A stretch of DNA of 63,585 nucleotides, counting the filler, from Octopus bimaculoides (lineage: Eukaryota): assembly GCF_001194135.2 (NCBI RefSeq). It is 5 parts of 5 records of this genome, joined end to end, with 100 filler letters (N's around TTAATTAATTAA, not from the genome) between each part and the next. Parts side by side here need not be neighbours in the genome. Positions count along the whole stretch, not along the records: positions 19,025 to 45,670 come from NC_068984.1; 4 more parts are not named here. One strand, 5' to 3'. The position numbers and the translations under genes were made by a program. The notes below the pieces were generated by a model. The model ran no database searches, was not told the DNA's origin, and saw only the letters and a program-made list of their open reading frames with translations. How positions within the stretch are numbered: position 1 is the first letter of the stretch; every line of letters starts with the position of its first letter. Shown here piece after piece: positions 27,351-40,999 of the stretch.

Positions 27351-27985
27351 GTCTGACATTTATGCTGTTAATCTACTTAGATCTTGATTTTAGCATCGGG
27401 ATCTACAAAGCAAGGTATCACAAAGGTATATGTTTTTGATGCTGACACCTTCATGAAGATTCTGAAGGTAAGCTTTAATGATTGTACTGCTGATGTTGAA
27501 ATTATATTGGGAACAAACAGTAAACCTTTAAAACAAATATTTGTTTCATGGGGAGCTGGAACATGTTCTAGAGATGAAATATGGCAACATTGCTCAGGAA
27601 AACTTACAATTGGGAGCCGAATAGAGAAAGGTAGCAATGAAAATGAAGTGAATACTTGAAGGATGATTTGAAGTCATCTGGAATAGTGGTGGCAGGCCTA
27701 TCTATACTTTCCATAAATAAGGACTATAGTAGGTCATCCTGAGTCGAGCAATGGTGTCCTTAATGAAGTGTGATCAGATGACAAAGAAAAGAACCCATCC
27801 CAGGTCTCCTTTACCAGGTAAAAATAATTAGCAATTTATAGAAGAATTTCAATGAGGGTGTTTAAATCTTTAGATACAAAAATTAATAAGTTGTTTTTAG
27901 TGGTTGAACTTGAAGCAGATAAAGCTACAAGTAATAGTGTGCAAATATTGCGATAAAAAAAACTGCTTGGATAGGAAAAGTTGAA

Positions 27986-28057
27986 GGCTGCCTGTGGGAT
28001 TTGAACCCACGTCTTCCATAAACATGAAAGTCATTCAGCTATTAGACCAAAGCAATC
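27986..28057 (-). pseudogene. Decayed 72-nt tRNA-like sequence
   Basis: Perfect T-arm GTGGG-TTCAAAT-CCCAC, D-stem GGTC/GACT, and an acceptor stem with one mismatch; anticodon arm non-canonical. Confidence 0.45.
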
Positions 28058-29707
28058 TTTCAAATTTTTCCATCTATTCTAGAAACTTTAGTCTTACCAG
28101 TAAGAATTGCCTGTTGTTTATAAGAATTTAGAAACTTTGAGAGAATGTGAAATAATTTGTTTTCAATGGTTGTTAGTAAAAAGAGTCGTTTGAGTGTTGG
28201 GCCTAATGGAGGCAGTGACAGGTGACTAAGACCCTTAGTGATATACCATGCTTGCGTTGACCTGTCAAGCCTAGTGAGTCCATAGTTGTGGCTGATGCCG
28301 GTATCAGGTCAATGGTACCCATGCTAGTGGCATATAAAAACACCCACTACACTCTCAGAGTGGTTGGCTTTAGGAAGGGCATCCAACCATAGAAACCTTG
28401 CCAAATCAGTCAAACCGTCCAACCCAAGCCAGCATGGAAAATGGACGTTAAGTGATGATGATGATGTGCTTGAAATTCCCATGAGCAGCTTTTGACCTTT
28501 CCTGTTCAAGGTTTTCTTTTAACCAATATTTGCATGTCGTTGTTAATAACTTTATTTACATTGAACTCAACTGTTAAAAACAAATCCTTTTGAATCTTTT
28601 TGAAGTTTTAATATTTGAGCATGTCATCCTGGCCACAAAAAAATTTGTAAAAATAATATTTTGAAATTGCAATTTTATACTATATAAAAATGGTAAGATA
28701 TTCAGACTTACTTCTTGACAACATTCTTTTGGTAAGTCAGTTATTGATAACTGCTGTACATAAAAAGGTTAGCCTTGAAACTAGGAAGCTTCATAAGGAA
28801 TACTTGTTCAATAAAAATTAGCCGACTAAGAACGATATAGTTGAATTTCTTTACTGAAAAGTAATTCCATGTTTATTTCACACACACAAACACATGCAGG
28901 TGTGCACATACACACAAACACACATGTACACAAAATACATATATTTTAATACATTTTCAGACAAAAGTTTAAAAGACTAAACAAAATTGCACACTTTTTT
29001 TAATGTGAAAGGGTTTATTGCATAGATAAATGTTTGAAAAGCAAATATGAGAAAATATAAATGTTATACTGATGAAGTTCAATGGCTGTGAAGATAAGAT
29101 GCTGGACAATAGGCCACATATTTCTGTGTTCAAACCTTATTATTACAGTCATTAGGTTATGTTTGCTTCAGTCTGAATGATTTATAAGTAAAAATACCAG
29201 TAAGAAAAAAAAAAGAAGGAAAAATACTAAATTTGGATAAGCTATCTCACCCAAGCTAGCATGGAGAAATTGATGTAAAACAGTCAAAAATTTAGACAGT
29301 GATCAAATTTTAATTATAAATCATAAAAAGAAATGCAATAGGTTGTTGAAGCCAAAATTTCAGGTTAACATAGGCACTGCTGGTAGTAAATAAACTTATA
29401 TAAAACATGACCTGCAATTCTCTATGGTGAAAGCTGGTAGTATCTTATTAGTGACTACAAGAATAAAAAATTGTAAAAAGTTTCAATAAACTAAAAAAAA
29501 AAAAAAAAAAAACTTTTGGTCCTAAATCATTTTCTAACAATGACCTCATTATCTATTATTGATCATGAAAATAGGTAGTATTAAAATATAAGAAAGAATT
29601 AGTTGAATTCATGCATATAAAAGGATGGTACTCTTTTTTTCTTAAGAATTACAGCATGACAGCCATATATTAGCCATTCAGAAGCACACAAAGACTGTTA
29701 ACTTTTG

Positions 29708-30011
29708 TTAAACATTTGTTATTTGCTGCCAACATTTTTGTTGCACCAACTGCAACCTGGTCCCTAATGCAGTTCCACTGAAATGCAGTGGGACTAGATC
29801 AGTGACCTGGTCGTATGTGGCGTGATGAAAATTTTGATCCTGAAGATCCTGAAGAACTGTGAAATTAAATTTCATGGTTAATCTTTCAATATTGAATATC
29901 AACCAAAAAATAAAACTGATATTTTCTGCAAATCATGTTACTGCCATAAACTTGACATACCTCAGCACGACATTGCTTGACAAAAGATAGCTTGGTGTAT
30001 AAAACTGCTTT
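29708..30011 (-). CDS. Candidate last two exons of an unidentified gene (29961-30011 and 29708-29848)
   Basis: ccttaactgcag|KAVLYTKLSFVKQCRAE|gtatgt, a 112-nt intron, then ttcttcag|DLQDQNFHHATYDQVTDLVPLHFSGTALGTRLQLVQQKCWQQITNV*. No homolog recognised. Confidence 0.25.
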
Positions 30012-30873
30012 CTGCAGTTAAGGATAATGCAATTTTGAGTTGATACATATCTGATTGATGCAATAAGTAGGTCAACAGCCTTTGTGTATTTCTGAATGGG
30101 TACTGTGTGTTGCCCATGCTGTTACTGCTTTAATTTTAGTCTAAGATCAAATCACTTGCCTGGCAGATACACTACCAAAAACCAATTTTTGTTTTCTTTT
30201 TGGAAAAAGTCAACAGAAAAGAGTCCACACTTGAAATTCCGGTATTTGAGATAAACTATTTTGGATTTGTGCTTATAAAGTGTCTAATTTAATTTCATTT
30301 GATATTTGTTATGAAAAACCTTAACAAGATTATTTAGAAAAAAGAAAAAGACAAGAAAAACAAACAAAAATAGAAACACCACTTAAATGTGGTACAATAC
30401 TGAATACAAGAACAGGAATAGAACATATACAAGAAAGAAAAGAATGTAAAATAATACATGGAAATATGTGTCAGGATTGTTATTTTACAAAATTAGGTTT
30501 TAATTGGATCGTTTGCAGGAAAATAATTGTTTCTAAATATTTCAAAAATATAAAGTTACATCTATATAGATATATATATCCTCATTTAACATCCATGTTC
30601 CATGGTGACATGGATTGGACGGTTTTACATGATCTGATGGGTTCAAGGACAGCACTGTGCTCTCAAAACAAGAGCATATATAATATAACTTTTTTTTAAT
30701 TATTAATTGGCAAAAGTTACAATATGGCTCAAAAGCTGAGTGTTTCAGGAAGTAGCAATTATCAACGTGCATTTGATAAGTGCCATATCATGAAACTCTT
30801 GGCCCTTGTATCACTCTGTAACTACTGTTGATCAATAATAATAATAATAACAAGAACAAGAACAACAATATAA

Positions 30874-30920
<47 letters not shown>

Positions 30921-32249
30921 CTCTTTTTTATACACATACATACACACACGAATTACAAATGACTTAATCCTGAATGTTCAGGTTTGTTTTTAGTGACAGT
31001 ATCTAAGATGAAAGGAAAAGGAAAATTTAGTATTTTTGTAAGTGCTAGAACTTCAAGTGGGTCCACATCCATTGACATTTTTATTTGGGTCTGTTTGTCT
31101 TCGTCATGATCTTTGTTCACTTTGTCAGATTTTACTATAGATATCATTTTAAACAAGTATAAGATCACCTAACTATATGGATGGGTAGAGCTAACAGAAC
31201 TGATTCTAGTGCCATCATCATCCTCATAATTATCATTTAATGACTGTTTTCTATGCTGGCATGGGTTGGACAGGTCAACAGGAGCTGGGGAGTCAAAGGA
31301 CTGCATCAAGCTCAAATGTCTGCTTTTGCATGGTTCCTATAGTTAAATGCTCTTCCCAATGCCAAACGCTCTACAGAGTCCTCCATGTGGGTGCTTTTTA
31401 CATGGTTCTAGCACCAGTGAGGTCATCAAGCAATTTGCAAGCAATATCGCTCATCTGAGGGTTGGAGCAGTATTAACCCTTTAGCATTCAAACTAGCCAT
31501 ATCCGGCCTGGACATTCTACCTGTTTTATGCTCAAATCAGTCAGATCCAACCCATCACACCTATCCTACAATGTCCTTCTAAAAATATACAATCATTTAA
31601 TGGTTATCTCAAAGCTACAAGATAATACATGACTAATTCAAAACAATGTGAATAAATAAGCATAACATTTGACAGAATGATGTGAATGCTAAAGGGTCAA
31701 GAGAAGCAGCTTTGTGGCAGGCAATGGTGATGAGCGATTGAAGTATGATAAAGGGACACAGACTAGGGAGTGGCAGCCTGAAAATGTTTGAGAATCACTG
31801 ATCTAAGCTAACAAAGTGTCTACAAATATATTTTTTCAAATTCCTGATGTTAAATAGTATTGTCAGTTATTCCAATGCTTTCTGGAACTTAGATATCCTT
31901 CCTAAATATCTATTATAGATCTACTTTGTTGATATGACCAAGATGAGGTAATATCTATATTGTGTCTTTTATATCTACTGTCAATCTTCCAGTCATAAGG
32001 ACAATTATTTTCCTGTTTTTTTTTTTTTATTAAACTTATAATTAAGTGTTGAAGTATATATCATAAATGTAGTGCAAAGACGTTTTTAAGGACGGATTAT
32101 GGCATGCTATTATAATTACCAGTTATACATGTGTGCGAGAGAAATTAAATACAAATATGAAGGTTTTTTTTGTTGTTCAAAAAAAAAAAAAAGGACAGGA
32201 AGCTCAATCTCCTTTGTTATCAAAATAGTTACATCACATTTGAAAGATA

Positions 32250-33122
32250 TGAGGTGGTATCAAAAAATTCTTGGACTAGTTCTGTAGCATGCCAACAGAT
32301 GGCAGCACTTGGTTGTGTGTACAATGAGAACTAGCAGTGGCCTTCATGAAGTAGTGTGCCGAGTGACATTGCTGTGTTTACTTTGCAAGTTGTGAAATTT
32401 GTGTTTTTGTGATCATGTGTATGCTGTAGTCTGCAACTTTGTCATGGATGGGAACAAAGAACCAATGTGAAGTCTGCTACAAAGACATTCAGTATGCTTC
32501 AACAAGCTTACAGTGACGAGGTAATCGATCATATGCAATGTCTTGAGTGGCATGGGTGCTTCAAAAGTGGAAGAACATCCTTGGAAGATGATGAGCAGCC
32601 TGGAAGACCTGCCATGAGTGTCACCCCTGGAAATGTGGTATTGTGCATCAAGAATTTGTCCACCGGGTCCAGACCACCAATCGAGAGTTCTACTGCAATG
32701 TTTTGAAGGAGGACATTTGAAGAAAGTGACCGGATCTGTAGAGTGTGAAGAATTGAATTCTTCATGATGACAATGTATCCTGTCACTGAGCTCTCCTCGC
32801 TCGTGAGTTTCTTACCAAAAACAACATGGCATCGCTTCTGCCCCCACCTTATTTGCCAGATTTCTCTCCTGCAGACTTCCATCTCTTCCCCAAGATGAAA
32901 ATGCAGCTTAAAGGATGTCGTTTTAACACAGTTGTCATAGAAAGTCCTTGACTTTCTTACAGAAAATGACTTCCAGGCCAGATTCCAAAAGTGGCAGGAA
33001 TGCTGGGACAAGTGTATTGCTGTGTAAGGTGATTATTTTGAAAGAGATGATGATAAAACTTAGGTAAATAAGTTATTTTTTATTAAACATAATTAGTCCA
33101 AGATCCTTTTGATACCACTTCA
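32250..33122 (+). mobile_element. Mariner internal-deletion derivative with both TIRs and TA TSDs
   Basis: TA|TGAGGTGGTATCAAAAAATTCTTGGACTAG ... TAGTCCAAGATCCTTTTGATACCACTTCA|TA. Remnants EWH..FKSGRTSLEDD..PGRP and HPPY.PD.SP.DF.LFPKMK..LKG.RF; 873 bp. Confidence 0.9.
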
Positions 33123-33227
33123 TATTTATGCATAGTATGTATATATATGTGTGTGTGTGTGTGCATGTATGTATGTATGTATGTATGTATGTATGTATAT
33201 ATGTATGTATATATATGTGCGTGTATG

Positions 33228-33286
<59 letters not shown>

Positions 33287-33879
33287 CTTAAAGAATATAA
33301 GTAAGAAAAGTTATATCTTAAAAATCACAGTAGAGATGTGTTCATAATATAAGCAATATTGTATTAATAAATAAATAGATAAAATACAGCTATGATCAGT
33401 AAAAGATTTTTTTTTAAGTTTTGAAAGTTCTTACGATTGTTACATGAATATATTACCCTTGAAAATGAAACCTAAAGTTGATAAGAATCGTTGGGAAGTA
33501 TATCCTCCCATCAAAGAAAAGGATGAATTTCAGTGGAGGAAATCGAATGAGGGAAATACTATTCAAAATCGAATGAGGAATGTGTTGTTCAAAAAATTAT
33601 TGGTATAAATCTTTGTTGGTATAAATTTGAGCTAAAAATTTTGAAAAGTAAAATAAATCCATGGTAAAAAAATCTGTGTTAAGAATCTGTAATGGCTGTG
33701 AAGAGATAGGATTCCCATAATTCATTTCTTCTCCGGGTATAATCCATAAATGTAAGAGAAATGTTTAATGATCATAGCTCTACTTTATCTATTTATTTCT
33801 AAATACAATATTGCTTATATTGTATTAATAAATAAATTGCTTATATTGGGCAATAAACTGTACTTGCGAAAACCTGTTA

Positions 33880-34392
33880 AGTCAAGTGAAGTCATTATAG
33901 TGGTCAATGACAGTACCACCTGATTGGCACCCATGCTGGTGGCATGTAAAAAGCACCATTTGAACGTAGTTGATGCCAGTGCCCCCTGACTGGTCTTGTA
34001 TCAGTGGCATGTAAAATGTACAATTTGAGCATGATCATTGCCAGTGGCGCCTGACTGGCTCCCATACTGGTGGCATGTAAGAAGCACCATTTGAGTGTGG
34101 TCATTGCCAGTGGCGCCTGACTGGCTCCCATGCTGGTGGCATGTAAAAAGCACCATTCAAGGGTGGTCGATGCCAGTACTGCCTCACTGGCCCTTGTGCT
34201 GGTGGCACGTAAAAAGCACCCACTACACTCTCAGAGTGGTTGGCATTAGGAAGGGCATCCAGCTGTAGAAACTCTGCCAGATCAGATTGGAGCCTGGTGC
34301 AGCCTTCTGGCTTGCCAGCCCTCAGTCAAACCGTCCAACCTATGCCAGCATGGAAAGCAGACGCTAAACACCAATGATGATGATGATGATGA
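33880..34392 (+). mobile_element. RTE 3' UTR copy with ~5 tandem ~66-bp units
   Basis: Repeats of ccagtggcgcctgactggctcccatgctggtggcatgtaaaaagcaccatttgag..gtcattg, then the family 3' end and a (GAT)n tail. Confidence 0.85.
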
Positions 34393-36018
34393 TTGCTTAT
34401 ATTATGTACTTATCTCCATTGTGATTTTAGGATATAACTTTTCTTACTTTTATTCTCTAATATGTAATTGCTCTCATTGAATTACTAAATATCTTTTTAA
34501 GGATTTTGACATTTCTCATACCAAGAGCACTTATCTNNNNNNNNNNNNNNNNNNNNNNNNNNNNNNNNNNNNNNNNNNNNNNNNNNNNNNNNNNNNNNNN
34601 NNNNNNNNNNNNNNNNNNNNNNNNNNNNNNNNNNNNNNNNNNATACATATATATGCACACACACACACACACAGATATACATAAAAAAAGACATTAGGTT
34701 AAAAAATTTTATGAAGATCAGGAGGCTAGGAACAGTATAAAATTTTAGCAAAAGCACATTTTCCTGTCACATAGCGTAAACAAATTGAACATATTAAAAT
34801 TTAAAATTAATAATTTCTTGGGAATCAATTTGGATGGTACTTACGATAACTCAATGTTATATTTTAAAAAATATATTGCTATTAAAAAAAAAATGTAACA
34901 AATAAATCATTTGCAAAAAAAAAAAAGGGTAAACAAAATACATCAGTAACATTAAAAACATCATTCGTATTGTAAATAACAACAATAAAGTTGACATACA
35001 TTCAGTAACATACATATCAAAATGTCTTTAACAGTTCATTGTATTGTGTAAATTCACACAGATTAAAAAAAAATACTAAGAAATGAATAAAACAAATGGT
35101 GAAAATAACAAGTAAAATCTTAGCAGAAATAAAGGAAGGTTGGGTTTCTACAGATATAATAATATTTCTAGCGCCATATGTCTGGTGCTTATTAAAAGGC
35201 AAAGAAAATTTATATTTACATGCTGTTAGGTGTTAGCAATAAAGTTATGTATAGATTAGTGACTCATAATTAAGGTTGGAATATGGCATATAAAGGTGCT
35301 TATAATTAGAATTTTAAATTTGGAATAAATCTCACTAAGGAAGTTTTCTAATACAGAAGAATTTGTTTTAGTCAAGATTTTATCTCCCCAAAACCCAAGC
35401 TTAGGAACATCTTATTTTGTTTATGTTTTAGAATATGATAAACAACTGTTCAAAGCATTCAGATTATTCTGTTGAGTTTGAATTAATCATGCATTATCTC
35501 CTAACTTTTGAGATTTTGATGATATGATTGCTTATTTTTAGAATGCCATTACAGGGTAAGTATAAGAGGCTGGATCTGGTTGGTTTGAACATAGAGCAGG
35601 TAGAATATTTGGGGGGGGGGGTCAGATATGGTTGGTTTCAATGCTAAAAGGGTATTGGAATAAAAGTTTTGAATTAAAAGTGATAAGCGATATGGCATGA
35701 ATAAAATATTTCTAAAATAATTGAAAGTGACCCAACTCATTTTGACTGCTGAATATATTGTTTCCACCATAAGCAATTTATGGTGTATGGTCTCACCAAT
35801 GAACAGGCATAGTTTACTTGAAATAATGATTAGCTTATTAGAGAAGATAGTAGCTCAGTGGTCTGTCATCAACATGAGTTATGTTAGTAAATTATTTTCA
35901 TGATCTGAGTTTTAAATCTTTCAGTACTGATAATATTTCATTTTACTGGGATAATATAAAATAAAACCAGATTAATTCATTTAATAGGCAAAAAAATAAT
36001 TTCTTTTGTACTTTTAGA

Positions 36019-36049
<31 letters not shown>

Positions 36050-36834
36050 GAATTTACTGGTAATTTAGGGAAATTAAAATAATGTTAACATGATAAGTAG
36101 CTAAATTTACAAAAACAGATAAATCCAAGTCTTTTGGAAGACATATTTCATGAAATTAAAATTATAAGGTAGATTGTTATGAAGTGAAAAAAATAAACAA
36201 ATAAAATAAAGAAGAATGATAAACATCTGATGTAGTTGTTATTGAGCTAAAATAGTTGAAGAAACACAATTTTGAAGAGTGTGGGGTATGACATGAGCAT
36301 ACAGCACACATGTTAATACTGAAGACAATGAAAAACAGTAAAATGACACAGCAATAATAACAACCACTTATATACTTTATATATCAAATATAAGTTGTTT
36401 GTTCAAAATAAATTTGTTTTTATTTTATTTTAATTTAATTATTTAAATAGTCATTAATATTTTAAGTATAGACTATTTGTTAGGGTGATTTTTTTTCAGG
36501 ATGGGGAATCAGTTTAACAAGGGGATAAAAATATTAAAAATAAAAACAATAAAGAATATTAATAGGCTTTGATATATCTTTTTAAAGAATTTCAATATTC
36601 TTGCTTATATTCTAAGAGAGGCAGTGTAAATAGTTTTGGTGACAAAAAAAAAAAAAAAAAAAAAAAANNNNNNNNNNNNNNNNNNNNNNNNNNNNNNNNN
36701 NNNNNNNNNNNNNNNNNNNNNNNNNNNNNNNNNNNNNNNNNNNNNNNNNNNNNNNNNNNNNNNNNNNNNNNNNNNNNNNNNNNNNNNNNNNNNNNNNNNN
36801 NNNNNNNNNNNNNNNNNNNNNNNNNNNNNNNNNN

Positions 36835-36867
<33 letters not shown>

Positions 36868-36879
36868 CATGATCATGTG

Positions 36880-37165
36880 ATTGACCAGACTATCAGATGT
36901 TGTTATACATCGCTGGTCACAATGCGCTTTGCATCATTTTAGCTTTCGAATGATGCCACCCCACTGGCTAGATGAGTAGGCCAACATTCACCCTGATCAG
37001 AAGACTAGTCTGTCACGAGGTTACAGATTTACAGGTTAGTGGACTGGAGTAATGTGAAATGAAGTGTTTTCCTCAAGGACACAATGTGCTGCTCCATTCG
37101 GGAATTGAACTCACAATCTAATGATCCTGAGTGCAACACCTTAGCCACTAGGCCACACACCTTCA
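36880..37165 (-). mobile_element. SINE family B variant
   Basis: Reverse complement of the tRNA head (gggaattgaactcac, cttagccactaggccac) and core (aagtg...ctcaaggacacaa). Confidence 0.65.
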
Positions 37166-37348
37166 TACACACACAAACACATACATATATATCCATTTAG
37201 TGTCGGCTGTCAGAAAAAGAGTACGCAAAACCATAGCAAAGATTAATGATATTATATTCTCGTGAAGCCATTCTCTTGAAGTTGCCTGAAGATCTTGTGC
37301 ACCCATAGGTGAAACTCAGAGTACCAACAGACTGACTTGAACAAAATA

Positions 37349-37388
<40 letters not shown>

Positions 37389-39264
37389 CCGTACCCTTGC
37401 CTCAGCATCATGTGATGGATGAGAGCTGAACAGCAGGTCTTCATAGAAGAAAAGGCTTCTTACTACTATCCATCATGTGGTATCTATACAAGAGTATGCA
37501 AACAAGCATCACAATCATACAAACAATGTTGCTCATTACCAATTCTCTGTGTAAAACATAATCTGGGCCATGGGGCAATATCATCTTGCTTGGAAACAGG
37601 TGAAGATTGGTGACAGGAAGGGTATCCAGCTGTAGAAAATCTGCCTCAACAAATTTCATCTGACCCATGCAGGCATGGAGAAGTGGACGTTAAAATGATG
37701 ATGATGATTAATAACAAGTTCTGACATTTGTACATAATCACACATTTTCAGGGGAGAGATAAACTTCATAGAATCAACCCCAGAACATGTTTGCTACTTG
37801 AATTACTGACCCCAGAACATGTTTGCTACTTGAATTACTGACCCCAAAGCAAGGTCAACTCTGGTGGCAACTCAGAACTTGGAGATAGGGCTAAAACTAA
37901 ATACTCAAGGCACTTGGTCTTAGAGTCATACATTTGCCAAAATGGTCAAAATTTCTAAAATAGGCACAAAGCCTCAAATTTAGGGAAAGAGGACCAGTCA
38001 AATGAAATGGATCGCAAGCACTTGACGAGTATTTTATTTTACTAATTCTGGAAGGATGAAAGGCAAAGTTGACCATGGCAGGATTTAAATTCAAAACATA
38101 GAACTGGGACAATTATCACAAAAACTTTCTTTCTGGTGCTCTTAGATGCATCATCATCATTTAACGCCTGCCCTCCATGCTGGTATGGGTTGGACAGTTT
38201 GACAGGAGCTAGCCAGGCATAAGACTGCACCAGACTTCTGTGTCTGCTTTGGCACGGTTTCCTAACACCAACCACCCTGCAGAGTGGGCCACCATGACAC
38301 ATTTTATGTCACTCAGATTGGTGACAATAACTTTTTCAAGACGTTAAATAAAGCTGCAGGGATTTTAGTGATTGTTTCAACTTAGCCTTATACCTAAAGT
38401 TGGGTCTTTCTTTAGTATGGAATCCCTTTACTTGTTGGCCACACAGAAGAATTTTCAGAATGCTATCATCTTGCATTCAAACAACATGTCCTGTGCATTT
38501 GCTCTGAATTCTCAACAGGATGCTTTTAATACTGGAGATATCACATTTTACTAAAATCCGAATATTTGATATCTTGCAATAATAATAATTAGTGCACTTG
38601 TTGCAACATCCAAACTACTACCTAAGAGAAGGGTATTGAAACTGAGACTCACATTGTTGGCCTGCAGAAAAGTGCAATCCTGTATTTTGTAAGAATCCTA
38701 AGATTTGAGGAGACTTGTTGTCAACAAACTTCAAGGCAACATCCCTGTTAACTAATAAAGCATGTAATAATTATGATGTTGATGATGATGATGATGATGA
38801 TGATCAATAATGATGATGATGATCAATAATGATGATGATGCTATGTTCATTGGGATGTTAACTGAGTGTGTGGCTTGAAATAACAGGAAAGTGGTATGAG
38901 GTTGTGATAGAGAACAAGGGCAAAGGATGAGGGGGATGATACAAAGACATAAAATGTGGGGGTTTTCATATAATGAAATGATTAAAAAAAGAAAAAAAAA
39001 AGAGAAAGTAAGTATACATGATATACACTGAAAAAGAAGGGATATATACATAACATACAAAGGTTAGCAACCAAAAGGTGATGGGAAGGATGAAAGAGAT
39101 GTAGCCCACCTGATACAGGAAGACCTCTAGGGATAATTGAGGAACCCCACTGTCCAATATTTCCCTGAACACCGAAAGCAAGTGCCCTCTCCAACTTAAT
39201 AATTTCTAACATAGGCACACAGGGCCTGAAATTTCAAGGGAAGTGATTTAAATCAACCACTGTA

Positions 39265-39460
39265 CTTGATTGTGAGAATAGAGAAGTTAAAAGTCTTGAT
39301 CCTGCCAGTTATCACCGGGGCCTTGAGAATTGTGACAAAAGACTTAAGGGCAAGTCTTGGAAAGCTAGACCTTAAACTTGGAACAGATATAAGAGTAGAA
39401 TATTTATCTATTTGGTTCAACAAGAATTATGTGGAGAGTCCTGGGATACAAAGTAAGAAC
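39265..39460 (+). mobile_element. Old REL-retrotransposon C-terminal remnant
   Basis: ILPVITGALRIVTKDL..L and FGSTRIMWRVLG resemble the C-terminus of the 550-3660 element. Confidence 0.55.
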
Positions 39461-39649
39461 AGAAACGAACAACATACAAGAGCTTCTATAGGAGATGGAA
39501 TAAACAAGTGCTCTTCATCCTAGGTCTTGAATTTTGGTCTGATAAGAAACATAATCAAATTGGCTATAACTTCAATACCATGTGACCACAATATCATCGT
39601 CATAACAACAACAACAACAGCAGAAACAATGATGATGAGGATGATTCTC

Positions 39650-40800
39650 TACATTAGTGCAAGGGTTTTGAGCTAGAGAAGAAAGACATTGAAATTATTA
39701 TTATTAGTGTTATTTGGCCCAAGGCCAACAATTTAAGGGCAGGGGTAAGTAGGTTATATCAGCCTCTGTACTTAACTGGTTCTAAAATAAGTACCAGTTA
39801 AGTGCAGGGATCGATGTAATAGACTTGTCCCTTCCCCCAAAATTGTTGGCCTGGTGCCAAAATTTGAAACCGAGGTGGTGAACTGACAGAATCATTAGCA
39901 CACCAGGCAAAATTCTTCGTCCTTACATTCTGAGTTCAAATTCCACCGAGGTCGGCTTTGTCTTTCATCCTTTCAGGGTCAATGAAATAAGTACCAGTTA
40001 TGCAGTGGAATTGAGGCAATTGACTAGCCCCCCCCTCCCACAACATCCAGGCCTTGTGCCTATAGTAGAAAGGATTATTATTATTACGATTTAGCTGTCT
40101 TATTTTTATTCAATGTGGAGGCGCAATGGCCCATTGGTTAGGGCAGCAGGCTTGTAGTTGTTTATTGAGCGAAAAACACCTAAAGTTCCATGTGGCTCTG
40201 GCAGGGGGTGGTGGTGAACCCTGCTGCATTCTTTCACCACAACTTTCTCTCACTCTTTCTTCCTGTTTCTGCTGTACCTGTATTTCAAAGGGCCAGCCTT
40301 GTCACACTCTGTGTCACGCTGAATCTCCCCAAAAACTATGTTAAGGGTACACGTGTCTGTGGAGTGCTCAGCCACTTGCATGTTAATTTCACAAGCAGGC
40401 TGTTCCGTTGATTGGATCAACTGGAACCCTCGTTGTCGTAACCAGCAGAGTGCCACGCTTTTTATTGAATGCTTTCACTGCATTACTGAACAGAGTTTTG
40501 TGTGCTTTGAGCTTGTTTTGGTTTGGTATTTTTTACAATAATGAAAGTACCCTACATGTGTTGTGTTTATTACTATTATTAATGCCCCTGTGGCAAATAA
40601 AAGGAATAATTATTATTGCTATTGCTGCTAGAATTGTTAGCACACCAGACAAAATGCTGCTAAAAATTTTGTCCAACTTTATGTTCTGAGTTCAAACTCT
40701 GTTGAGGTTGATAAAATAAGTACCAGTTGTGCACTGGGGTCTATGTAATCAACTATCCCTCTCCCCATACATTTCAGGCCTTGTGTCTATAGTAGAAAGG
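39650..40800 (+). mobile_element. Cluster of SINE A (39870-40080, 40620-40800, partial 39700-39865) and SINE B (40120-40445) copies
   Basis: Collinear matches to 8291-8503 and 14880-15185; (ATT)n tails. Confidence 0.75.
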
Positions 40801-40999
40801 ATTATTATTATTATCATTTAACTCTATGATATTTCTATTATCTCTCAAATAATCCAAGCAACAAGGAGTTAGGAAATTTTCTGTGAGACGAGAAAAAACA
40901 TTTTGAAAGACTGGAATATAGTGTTAGAACAATTCAAAAAAAAAAAAATAAAAATCAAAGAAAAAAATCAAAGGAATTGGTACTAGTATATTACAGGTA

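Noticed and set aside
28712-28750. 39-nt minus-strand segment LSITDLPKECCQE with cag|..|gtaagt, resembling an F-box start
   Set aside because: Only 13 codons, no compatible neighbouring exon found, and it lies downstream of the stop of the 29.7-kb candidate.
30953-31168. Minus ORF KSDKVNKDHDEDKQTQIKMSMDVDPLEVLAL, protein-like
   Set aside because: No convincing donor site and no recognisable homology.
11186-37845. Small perfect tandem duplications (22 bp at 11186-11229, 25 bp at ~23302-23351, 32 bp at ~37778-37845)
   Set aside because: Ordinary slippage duplications with no associated structure.
38380-38720. GLQKSAILY..RILR, similar to a REL C-terminus
   Set aside because: Too short and decayed to delimit; probably another old R4-like remnant.
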